From NCBI GenBank assembly GCA_950097015.1, contig CATNEN010000039.1, positions 10,044,001 through 10,108,000 of the forward strand: a stretch of 64,000 nucleotides of DNA, given 5' to 3'. Below, one piece after another: positions 22,636-33,729 of this stretch (the first letter of the stretch is position 1; every line of letters starts with the position of its first letter). The notes below the pieces were generated by a model, which saw only the letters and a list, made by a program, of their open reading frames with translations, was not told where the DNA came from and searched no databases. The DNA is from Macrostomum hystrix (taxonomy: Eukaryota > Animalia > Platyhelminthes). The position numbers were made by a program, and so were the translations under genes.

Positions 22636-23208
22636 GTCACTAAATTAAACATCATAGCTAGCCAACAAAAATATTTGAAAAAGCTAGCTTAGGTAAAAAA
22701 AGATTGATAAACCTGTTTTCAATGCCCCAAACCAGTTAAGAAAATATTTAAGAACATATTGACAGAAAACAGATAAGCTAGGCTATGCTTTATGACATTC
22801 TGCATGCATAAATATGGAACTTTAGCTTGACCATAATAATCTAGGCAAGGTTCTAGGCCCTATTATTACAAACCAATAGCCTGTAGGCTAGAGCTCCAAA
22901 ATAATAGAATATATAAATATAGCCACTGCCAGTTTTTGGGAAATGTTTCATTGACATGTTGATGTCAATATACATTCAAAACAATTTCTAATCATAAAAA
23001 ACTTAAAACTACACAAAAAGTCATCATTTTTTATACTGTTTTGTCTTCTTATTTGTAACTTAGTCAATTGTTGAATACACCACAGAACAAAGCCAAAAAT
23101 GCCTAAAAGCAGCTATGTTAAATAGGCACATGACCAAGGCTGCCAAAGTGAAATAGGGCCTCCAATTATTCTTAGTTTCTTAGAAATATTCCCGCGAATT
23201 AATATGTT

Positions 23209-23880
23209 TGTTATAATGCACCAAATTTGTTTTTATGCACCGAATGCACAGAAATTTAGAAGTTACACTGAAGTGAGGAAAGGAGAAGTTTTAGTATAAA
23301 TACACGAGCAGACTAAAGCAGAAAACCAGCTTGTACAACCTCGGTTGAAAAGGAGTTCAGATTGAGAAAAGCTTGAATCTTGAAGTGTTCGTGTTAAAGT
23401 TATTTGAGAAGGAGAATTGCGAAAGAGAAGTAAATAGAGTGAAGAGAAAGCTGTAAATCTAGATCCACTGGAAAGCCCTCTGAAGCAGACTGCAGATTAA
23501 AATTGAAGACTGAACTGAAGATTAAATTGAAGGTTAACTGAATAACAATTGAAGAAGTGATAAAGACGGATAAAGACTGATAAAGACTGATAAAGACTGA
23601 TAAAGATGGATAAAGATTGATACAAAGTACTTATAGAAATAATACAGTAAAATTATAAGCAGAAGGGAATATAGAGGAGAGATACTGGCCATACTGAAAG
23701 TATAACGCTACCATATTGAAAGTATAACACTACCATATTTGAATACATGAATGCTACCAATTGAATTTGAAATAAGAAAGTGCATAAAGCAAATAAAGTA
23801 AAGACATTTATAAGATTGGCATAAAGACAGTACTTGAATAAAGTGTATAAGAAAAGAAGCCTATAACAACTTTGGTGGCA
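23209..23880 (+). mobile_element. Probable LTR remnant of a second, unrelated retroelement
   Basis: Inverted ends TGTTATA (23209) ... TATAACA (23868), internal TATAAATA and AATAAA, an internal (GATAAAGACT)n run, and a PBS-like TGGTGGCA just downstream. No TSD found. Confidence 0.4.
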
Positions 23881-26800
23881 TTATTAGGAAACTATTAGTG
23901 ACAGTCAGTGAGATTATTAAATATTATAAAAGAGCCCTACAACAAAAGCTTTGAATGGCTCAACAGATAAGATGAGGTTTCCACACAACCCATTTTCTAA
24001 TTTAAAATTGAAAGTGCATTGCTGATCAGTGGCTAATATAGTAGGCCCTACCCAACAACAAGGCTGCTCTGAAATTGTTCAAGTATTTCACACTCCTGAA
24101 GAACTTTGAATTGGTACCTAGGCTTCATGTAGACTCTGACTTTGGTCCAACTAGGCCTAGTCATGCCATGTCATCTGACTAGGCCTATGGCCAAAACCAT
24201 AGGGTAATGTATCATCAACCAAACAAGAATGTGTATTTTTTTTACTTCAAACTTAAGCTACAGATTTTCTATTTAAGATATGGTGATAAATCAAAAGCCA
24301 AGTTATAGAAAACAGTTACATCTTTCTAAAAAGTATCTGCTTTTGCTATTTTGTCAAATAGAAAAAAAGTTATTCCTGCTTTTTATCTAAAACCGAACAA
24401 TGATTTTCATGTATCTTCAAACCAAACAGAGAATTTGATGTTTGGTTTTATAATTTGAGTGAGTGGTATAATCTTATTTTAAGGAGTGAACTATCATGAA
24501 TTATGTCATTTGAAAGCATTTTTCATGTTCTATAAATAACTACATTTATGGTCATTTAATTGGCAAGCAACCATATACAATCTTCATCTAAAGTACATGC
24601 TGAAAAAAATGTTGTTAAAAAGTATGCTTTTGCAATAAAAATTTCTACTGAAACATCTATATCTTTCTTTCCTCTTAATGCTTCATTGCACATCATGCCT
24701 CAGCTTGTAGATAATTTCTTCAACTTTCAAATTAGTTGTTCTGTGAAACACAATAGCTTGTTTCTGTCTTGCACGAGACCAAGGAAGGAGTCAAAATTCT
24801 TGTTCGGTTTTGAAGATCCACTGTTCGGTTGATGATACATTACCCTAGCCCTATAGTTTGAATTGGAGCCAACTAGGCCCTATAGTCATGCCTTATCATT
24901 TTTATGGCTAGAACCATGGCCAAAATTATTTTTATGAATGCACTAATTCAAACTTAAAAAGAATTATGCAAAAGGTTGCAATATTGCCCTAGAATGCACT
25001 TGGAATGTTAAAATTTATTTTTTAAATGATAAATGGGCAGTGAATCAAAGTCAAATTTCTCTTTTAAACTATCTTATTTACTTGTCAGATTTATTAAACC
25101 CTAGCCTAGGCCCTTCATTATTCGTATTTGACAGACTAAAGTTAGGTTTGTTTGCATGCTGACCTTTGTATGTCATAAAGTAGGTCTAAAGAGCAAGCTT
25201 AGCTTAGCTACAATAGTCAATAGGGTAAGAAGAATTTCAAGCAATAAAAATAGCTATTATATTCTTGTTATGTAAGTACTAAGTTTTCCGCTTGACTTTT
25301 ACACTATATGCCACCGTCTTTCATAATTGTACTGTCTCAGTGCCTGTCTTTTAAATTTTAATATAGCTGACGCTGTCAATTCTACCATGTTATCACGATT
25401 CACTTTGTATTCTACTAAATCTTAAGTTCACGATTAGGAAAAGATGATATCATTTTCTCATTTTAATAAAATGAGACGCACAAGTGTAATCTTTGTAAAT
25501 CTTAATAAACTTTGATAACAGTGTACACGCTTAAGAGTTACAAAGCATGCACGATGCACACAGTATAAATAAATCAAGGGTTATTCTTCAAGGTCCTTCA
25601 AGGTCCTAGTAAAGAATAAGAACATCGCTTCTTTTAACAAATAATTATTTATGTCGGCACTGTCTTCAACTCTTTAGCATGTTACCATTCTTTAACTTAT
25701 GAAAAAATTGTTGTTATAATGAGTGAACGTATTGATTAAAAATTGTGTACTTTACGCAATTAGGCAAGATCGCCGAATAGCTTCCACAACAGAGCGGAAT
25801 CCGACCCGAAATTAAACCTACTGATAATTGCTGGCTAGCTGTAACATTATAGCATTTTTTATCATTTTCTTGCCTAAACTTTTTAAAAATACGATTAAAG
25901 ATCATTACATCGTGCCAACACGATTGTCTTGACCTTGTCAAATAAGGTTGTAGAAAAAGTTCTTATGTACGCAGATTAACCTCACAAGCAGCTGGTCCAT
26001 AAGTTATTTAGCTGTAATCAATTACCTTTAACCGGATAACTGTTACCCGCACCTGTACTTTATGGCGGTAGACTATATTCGACCAAAATATGGTTTTATG
26101 AATTAGCTCCTGTTGGTTAGAAGATTCGATTCCTGACTACATTTGAATAATTTGTGTGCTTTTTAGCAGGACAATTTACTCTACACATTATAGCTTCAGT
26201 TTATCCAGCTGTAATAATGACTACACCAGAATTAGCTGCTAAATTAAGAAATTTAGACGTTAGGTGAGGCACGGATCGATCCTGTACATATGAGACTATG
26301 CGATGAGCATGGCAGCTTAATCAGATGCACTGCGCAATATCTGGAGCTCGGCTGTCCGCTGCACATCTGGCGTAATTGGGCAGGAAAAGGAACAAAAGGA
26401 ACAAAATATAGCTCTCAAAACTTAGTAGATAGGCAGGAAAAATGACACATGATGATAGCTGAGGAGTATTGTATAGGTCGTTCATTTAAACAATCAGCAA
26501 ATACGTAGGCGGACCAAGGAACATAAGCAGGAGACAATTGATCAGTGGAAGCGGGCAACCCATCGTTCAATTGAATTTCCTGACAATATTATAATCGACA
26601 AAATAATTCTTGACAGACCCACTAATTAATTATCTATAGCCTTAAACGATCGTGCGTCGCCATTTTAACCTCATCTCCGCAATCGGATTGCCATCCACGC
26701 AAAAAACTAGCGTCTCGTCAGCCTATGGATGGTAGATAGAGAGACACGCATAAGCTAACGAGCTCTTCCACAAACGCGCTAGAGAAACAGACGGGAGGCC

Positions 26801-27285
26801 GGGGAGAGGCAGACGGCTGTGGTCTGGGGCTGAGACCCGCTACCGCCACCGCTCCGTCGGCTGCATGGTTGCAGGAGGGCCAGAAACAAAGGGACTTGGT
26901 TGCCGTGCACGGCCATCACTACGCAGGCAGTGGCCCAGAAGCGTTTGGCGACTCGACGGCCACGCGGAAGAGCTGCGCACCTTCAGGCCGTCCTTGGCAG
27001 CGGAGTTGAATACGTTCCTGAGCAGGTGCGCCAAGCACCAGGCCTGATTCCTCCTGCCGGAGACGATGGAGTCGGGGCTCAAAGCAAGCGATCTGAGGTA
27101 CCGGAAGTCCTCACGGCGATGACAGATGCCATGAACCGTAGACGAAACTAGCGGGCACGGATTGCATTGCTGCCCGCGAAATTATGAAGCAAAGTTATTC
27201 GAATTCTATCGCTTCTATTAATGTGACAATATACGAGTACATAGACATTTATTAATCAAGGAATACTTTAAAAAAGTATACATAG

Positions 27286-27655
27286 TTAAAGACCACGGGG
27301 ATATTTCAAATACCCACATTTTTCTTTTTTTCTCTGTATCTACCAAAATATTCTGTATCAGCTAAAATTTCCCGCTCTATCCGATTAAATAACTTCTAGA
27401 ATCTCAAATATCGGCATCGTCCAGATATTCAACGATGCTCGTCGGGGTGTCTTGGTGGCAAAAACCAAAAATAAGGCATATTTTTCCCTTCACTGCAATA
27501 ATGCCATCATGTATCCATGTCGGCTATCATAGTTGACATTTTATGATTGATCAAATTGTTATTGATAATTGTTTTACAATGGATTCGTCACAGAGGTTTG
27601 TAAAAGAGCAATCCGTGATCTTTCTCACGGGGGGGGTAAATAGTCTTTCTACAGA
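27286..27655. mobile_element. Repeat family B copy (MITE-like)
   Basis: AAAGACCACGGGG... left end and ...CCGTGATCTTT/TAGTCTTT right end. The body is shared with 14660-15105 and 61935-62032. Confidence 0.45.
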
Positions 27656-28080
27656 CTAAATAGTTAAAGTGGACCCTTTTAAGAACCCAAATAATGACCA
27701 CAATTGTCGCTTTTTTCCATATGACTTTGGTAATGACGGCAACATCGGAAAATTCCATACGCAAGCTGGAAAATTCCATGCAGAGTGTTAAAAGCAATTA
27801 AAAGACCTGCTGCTCCCATGACCAGAGTCGCGATAACTCTATACCAGGTTACTAACCTTGGGCTAGTGCATAGAGTCCTAATTATAATAGCATCTATGCT
27901 ATCATGCTATTTTTAAGGATTCTATGCGCATGCACACCCAAGCCTTGTGGATATATTCCTGGATGCTGATAGGCTATGGGGCCAGTTAGCTGACCCCTAG
28001 TAGTAGATATAATTGCTCTGCCTCATTTTTAGACAGTTGCCAAAAAGACTGCAGTGCAAGCCGTATCAACAAAGCTTAAA

Positions 28081-30608
28081 CCCGCTTGAAAAAAACAGCT
28101 CTGCCGCTGGCGGGCCTTTATCGGCAGCCCCCTTCGGCCCCCTAAACCCCCGCTAGCATTTGCACCGCGGCTCCGCTAGTGGCCCGCTTAGGGGGCCACT
28201 AGCGGTGTACCCCTTAAAAGCCCCTTGTGGTGGCGGCGTGCCCCTTGACAGCCCCTTGCAATAGCGGCGTGCCCCAGTCAGCCCCCCACACTTTGAGTGT
28301 CGCCATTCTTCTTCATGAAGTACTCGTACACAGTGCAGCCATACCGTAGCAAAATTCAATTTAAACTATTTTACAGTAGCATTTGCTGTCGCTTTTGGTA
28401 AGCGAATGGCTTTCACACCATGACTTGCCAAGGAATACAAGCGGGTTATCGTAAAGAGACTTGTCGTTTAACAAAAGTTATAGTTACTTATATTTATTTT
28501 TGCTATATAGTAGTATAGTTAAAATACTCACAGAAGATTAGACGATGAGAGTTGAATGATAGTTAAAAAAGAGAGAGTTAAATGAGAGTTCTTCTTCATG
28601 AAGTACTCGTACACAGCAGCCATACCGTAGCAAAATTCAATTTCAACTATTTTACAGTAGCATAATTTGCTGTTGCTTTTGGTAAGCGAATGGCTTTCAC
28701 ACCATGACTTGCCAAGGAATACAAGCGGGTTATTGTAAAGAGACTTGTCGTTTAACAAGGGAGAGCGAAACTTAGTGAGAAATGAGCATAAAGTTATAGT
28801 TACTTATATTTATTTTTGCTATATAGTTAGTATAGTTAAAATACTCACAGAAGATTAGACGATGAGAGTTTAATGATAGAGTTAAAAAAGAGAGACTTAA
28901 ATGAGAGAGAGTGTTGAATGAGAGAGAGTTGAATTAGAGGGTTGAATGAGAGAGTTGAATGAGAGAAATGAGAGAGTTGAATGAGAGAGAGTTGAGAGAT
29001 AAGCGTGAGATGAATGAAAATCAGGTGAGCGAATTGTCCGAGCGCCTTTTCCGGCATCGGGACCTCGGTTGACCGCCCTGGCGCTCCAGTTGTTCAGGCT
29101 CCCGGCGTCTCCTGTCTTCTCTGCCGCCTTCTCTGTCGCGCAAGTTCTTCAATGTCTTTGCAATGGCGTCGATGACGTCAGTTTCAACTTCGGTGGGGTG
29201 CGCACGGCGAGCTGCCTAAAAATATTAATTAAAAATCTAGATTAAACAATTGGAAATTAATTGGAAATTTGTAAACAATTTTTGTAAACAAATCATGCAA
29301 AATTTTTTTAGAACCTACAAGTTTGAGCATGCTAGAATACTTAGTACTCATAAACAGTTCTATTCAGCATAAACAAAATAACTTCATATAATGCCTGTGT
29401 AAAGATATTTCACATTGGATTTGCAGAAAACCCTAGAGCCAGTGAGACAACTGTTAAACTCTGCTAAATTATTTGAGATTCAAAACTAAAAAGTTACAAA
29501 CAGTAAACAAGTTAATTTAAACTTGTTTTCCGAGTGTAACAATATAATTGCAGACAAGATTTTCATATACACATATATGTACATTAAGTATTACATTTAA
29601 GTCACATTAAAAGTCAATTAATAATGTACATTTACTGACTAAACCAATGATATAAGAAACATGTCTTAGCATTATATTAAAAAATTTTTTTTTCAAAATA
29701 TTCAAATCAATTTTGCATTAATTCCAAAAGAAAATTCCAATAAATAGCTTTAAAGCATTTAATTGCATACTAAAGTACAGTCAACTGTCAATAGCAAACT
29801 GTACCTTATTTCATGCTAGCAAGTAGTACAACCTAATAAAATATTGGCATAAAATTGTATGGACTAGACTAGAGCATGCTTCAATAATTGTCATGTTAAA
29901 ATTGTAAATTGTGGAACACATGGAGCAGGCTGGTAATTTAAACGATAAGTGGGACTTAAATGGTGAATACTTAGCTGGCGAATCAACTATAAGACTGGTA
30001 GATTGAGCAAAATATATTTATAGTGTACAGCAATGCAGAATCAATGAATGAGGAATGAGGAAAATTCAGGCTGTTTCATGGAATTTCGCCTGATGGATGC
30101 ATATTTATCTGTCAAACGGTTCGGTTGCCTAAAATCCAGCGTTTTGCAAATAATCTAAGCAATGCATATTATGAAAACACAGTTTGTATGATTAATGGAT
30201 TCAGTTGCTCCTAAATCTCTGCTGTATAGTCTGCCGTCTGCTGTGATATTATTATGGTGAGCACGCATGGAGAATAGATACATTTAAAAACTGTGGGGTG
30301 CCTGGCTTCATAGGTATAAAATTATTTGTTGCAAATTATTTTTCATATATTTAATTAATAATAATTTATCTTATCTGGCAATGTTATTTTACTTTAGTAT
30401 GAGCTTGTTTTTCTACGTGATTCGGCCGGAAAAACACGGCGAGCTGCCTAGCGGGAAAGTAGCGGGAATCTAGCGGCTTGTCACTAGCGGCACCCCCCAT
30501 CATCCCACTAGTGCTCAGTTTGGGAAATTTCTCTGCCAAACCTTCCCGCTAGTTTGCCGATGGCCCCTAGCGGACCCCTTGTGGGCCGCTAGAGCATTTT
30601 CAAGTGGG
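28081..30608 (-). mobile_element. Non-autonomous EnSpm/CMC-like DNA transposon (CCC termini)
   Basis: TIRs CCCGCTTGAAAAA / TTTTCAAGTGGG, 2-bp TSD AA, GC-rich subterminal arrays of CCGCTAG/CTAGCGG at both ends, and an internal tandem duplication of about 280-300 bp (about 28306-28890). No transposase. Confidence 0.75.
29021..29215 (-). pseudogene. Terminal exon fragment of a transposon accessory protein (DUF4806-like C-terminus)
   Basis: Acceptor TTTTAG| followed by AARRAHPTEVETDVIDAIAKTLKNLRDREGGREDRRRR...stop. The LxxxxDRxGGR ending is recalled from DUF4806-type proteins of EnSpm-like elements and was not searched. Confidence 0.4.
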
Positions 30609-30662
30609 AAAGTCAGATTCTCAAAAGACTTAAACGAAGCTGAAAGAATCTTCTATAGAACC

Positions 30663-31721
30663 ATGAACAGTACAAGTGTGATGAGCTTTATCGCTGTGAT
30701 GCTATTTGTTGGCTTCGCACCGACTCACACGGACGCACTCTGCAAGAGGCACTACTGCCGCTACGAGCTGGCGGAGTGCATGGCGGACAATGCACCCATG
30801 CAAAGATGGAGTCTGGCCGGTTTGCAGGGCTGCTTGTGGAAGGCCAGTGGCATCCCGGATGATCTGGTGCTCCAGTGGAACAGGCACACGGGCGAATGCT
30901 CGGTATTTCATTACCAGCAAGTGTGCCGTGCAATGCTGGCAAGAGGAGCCAGAGTCGTGGACACCGATCAGCTTGTGAGCAGGGACTTTGAGCAGGCTTC
31001 GAAGTGCTCAGTATATCGCGCCAAAGCATTGGCGACCTGCAACGCAACACTAAGTCCAAAACTAATAGGCACCTGGCTAGCTGGCGGCAGCAACCACTTC
31101 AGCAACCTGGTGTGTCAGGATGCCAGCTCGCCTAACTATCGGCTAGTCAGCGAGAACTTGCAGTGGACTGACGAGGGCGCTGTGTTCGATGGTGTGTCAT
31201 CGTACGCGCTGGTTAACGACAGCCGGTTCTACAACAACAACCCGTCAGCTGGCTTCACCTGGCTTCTGCGGCTGAGAAGAAGGCCAAAAGTCCAGCCGTT
31301 TATGGAGGCCGTGCCCTGCTCTGATATGAATTACTTTGGTGCTCACCTATGGGAGTTTAACGCAGCCAACAGACTATATTTCTTTAGATACTCCGCCGCA
31401 GCTAGTGGCCAGGTCCATCAGAAATATTTACAAGTATATTCGCCGGTGAACATTCTGGCAAGCAGCGAAAATGAGTGGCTGAATATTGGCGCATCTGTCG
31501 TAGCTGATTCTAACAATACTAACATATTTTACAATGCTAGAAATGTAAATGAAACAACCTGGGAAAACACTGGTAGCAACTACCACCCATGCTACCTAGT
31601 TTATATTGGTCGCCGGCCAAAAAGTAGTAGCTACCTGAGAGGCGTTGTGCAGGCGGTCGCCATCGCCAACGACACCATGACTGAGCAGGAGATCCGCGAC
31701 TTCTACGCCGCCTTACCGTGA
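30663..31721 (+). CDS. Secreted protein: signal peptide, Cys-rich PAN/apple-like region and C-terminal LamG/concanavalin-like domain; intronless
   Basis: MNSTSVMSFIAVMLFVGFAPTHTDA signal peptide. LamG-like motifs FDGVSSYALV, WLNIGASV, VYIG and YLRGVVQAVAIANDTMTEQEIRDFY. The upstream part of the listed ORF (from 30579) is transposon TIR sequence. Confidence 0.75.
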   Translation: MNSTSVMSFIAVMLFVGFAPTHTDALCKRHYCRYELAECMADNAPMQRWSLAGLQGCLWKASGIPDDLVLQWNRHTGECSVFHYQQVCRAMLARGARVVDTDQLVSRDFEQASKCSVYRAKALATCNATLSPKLIGTWLAGGSNHFSNLVCQDASSPNYRLVSENLQWTDEGAVFDGVSSYALVNDSRFYNNNPSAGFTWLLRLRRRPKVQPFMEAVPCSDMNYFGAHLWEFNAANRLYFFRYSAAASGQVHQKYLQVYSPVNILASSENEWLNIGASVVADSNNTNIFYNARNVNETTWENTGSNYHPCYLVYIGRRPKSSSYLRGVVQAVAIANDTMTEQEIRDFYAALP

Positions 31722-33729
31722 AACATCCGGCCTAGAAATAGTCTTGGGGCTCCAGCACCACTTTTAGAATCTGTGTATGCGTGTCTGGTTCAAGCTCTGT
31801 CAACGACTCTGCAGGGGCGTTTCTTCCCTGTCTCATCTCACCTGTATCATCTCTCCCTAGTCTTATCTCTCCCCAGTCTCATCTCTCCACTGTCTCATCT
31901 CTTCGCTGTCTAATCCCTATAGATCTCCCCTGTCTAATCCCTATAGATCTCCCCTTTCTAATACCATGATCTCCCCTGTCTCATCTCTCCCCTGTTTCGT
32001 CTCTCCACAGCCTCATCTCTCCCCTTGAATTATCAATGAAGAAAACTGGAAAAAAACGGAGACAGACTTGACAAAAGTAGTCGGATACATTTTTAAGCGT
32101 CGGTTATTACTCTCGCGCTCTCTTTAAGAGAATTGGCTTGCGGCACAAATCTCCCTTATCACAAGCCGCCCAGTCACTATTGACCCAAGTTTATCTCTAA
32201 ACCAATTTTTACACCTATATTACATTTCTGAATTCCTTATCCATATTCCAAATTCAGAAATAGAAATTTTTTTTAGAAGTTTGCTATTTTTTGTAATGGA
32301 TATTCTACTCAACGCGAGAGTTGAGAATTCAGCTGTTACAACTTTGATGATGATAACTTTTGTATTGGAAGCAGAGCCGATGCTGTTTTTATATCTTGCA
32401 AAACATGTTGCTTCAAATAGTTTTAGAAAGCTTTATTTATGAATAATGATCTTCATTTTTCGGTTATTTATCATGAAGCACAATAGCTAGTTGCCAAAAG
32501 CTATATTCACTTGACTTAATTTAATTTAACAGTCACTTTCTAATAAATTATAAGTGTATCAGTAGTAGGCTAAGCAGCCAAGCTATTGGCTAATTTTATG
32601 TCAATAATAATTTTAATTTTATGAGTGATTAATTGGTTGCTATTGTGCTTATCGATTACACTTAAGTCGTGTGAAAAGCTGTTGGCGAAACGCTACAAAA
32701 GTTACTCGAACTGCACTTAGCAGATTCTGTGCGAGATAATTCTAATACCTGAGCAGATCTGTGCTAGATAACTCAACTTCCTCAAAAGCTCTTAATTATA
32801 ACACGACTAAAATATCTAACTCAAATGGAGTGACCTTGGCATTGGTATTGGTATAATATTCTCTCATCAGTGAATGGCAATAAATGTAACATAAATAACA
32901 AATATTTTAGATGGATTCTGCTTAACAGATAGATAGATAAATATCAGTTCGAAGAGTGCAAGAGAAATACGAGCTAGATAGGAGCACTAACAGCTACGTA
33001 ATCACTCCATGATCGCAATCGCAGCCATAAGACCTTTCTGTGGTCTGTCAAAAGCACACAGAATAATATAAGCAATTAAAAACTTCAATTACCACTATTT
33101 GCACTATCCAATTTTCCTTCGCTTGCAGACAGAAAATATGTTAACAAATGTGAAAAGTTCCTATCTCGCTAGTGCATTTTCTGTGAAAAACTGCCTTTAA
33201 TAAATTGTCCAAGGAACGAAGTGTCCCGTGCTTTTTCTTTTAGTTGTCTTCGTAAAGACTATACATGTAGAAATTTTATCACTATAAATATTTTCCCTAG
33301 CGCAAGAAAGTCTGGACTCTAGTTCGTCTCTTGGTCTCTCTCGCCAATTTAACGCGCGAAATGTGGCTCGCTTTAAAATAAATTTACGACATTAAAGATC
33401 AAAGCGCGAGACGTTTATTAAAACTATTCTATACACAAAACGTGTGTCTAACAAAGCTTGTATGGAGAAATATAGTGCTCGATTTGTTGATTAAGCAGCA
33501 AATTTTCGTGGCCGATATGTATTTTATTAACTACATGACGTTTTCCTAAACGGGCATTTTCCAAGAAATATTTTTTAAGCATCGCGGCCATCATCTATAC
33601 CTCGATCTGGATTACTTAAGTTTTATTAGTTTGTCCGTTATTACTAGGCCTAGTTAATAAAATTTCCTTTTTTAGACTAGCATTCAGAGCTGCATGACCT
33701 AAATATAAAAACTACTTTCTTATTTAACT

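Noticed and set aside
27978-28005. Hairpin plus CTAG resembling a Helitron 3' end
   Set aside because: The spacing is atypical, and no 5' TC end, second copy or Rep/helicase sequence was found.
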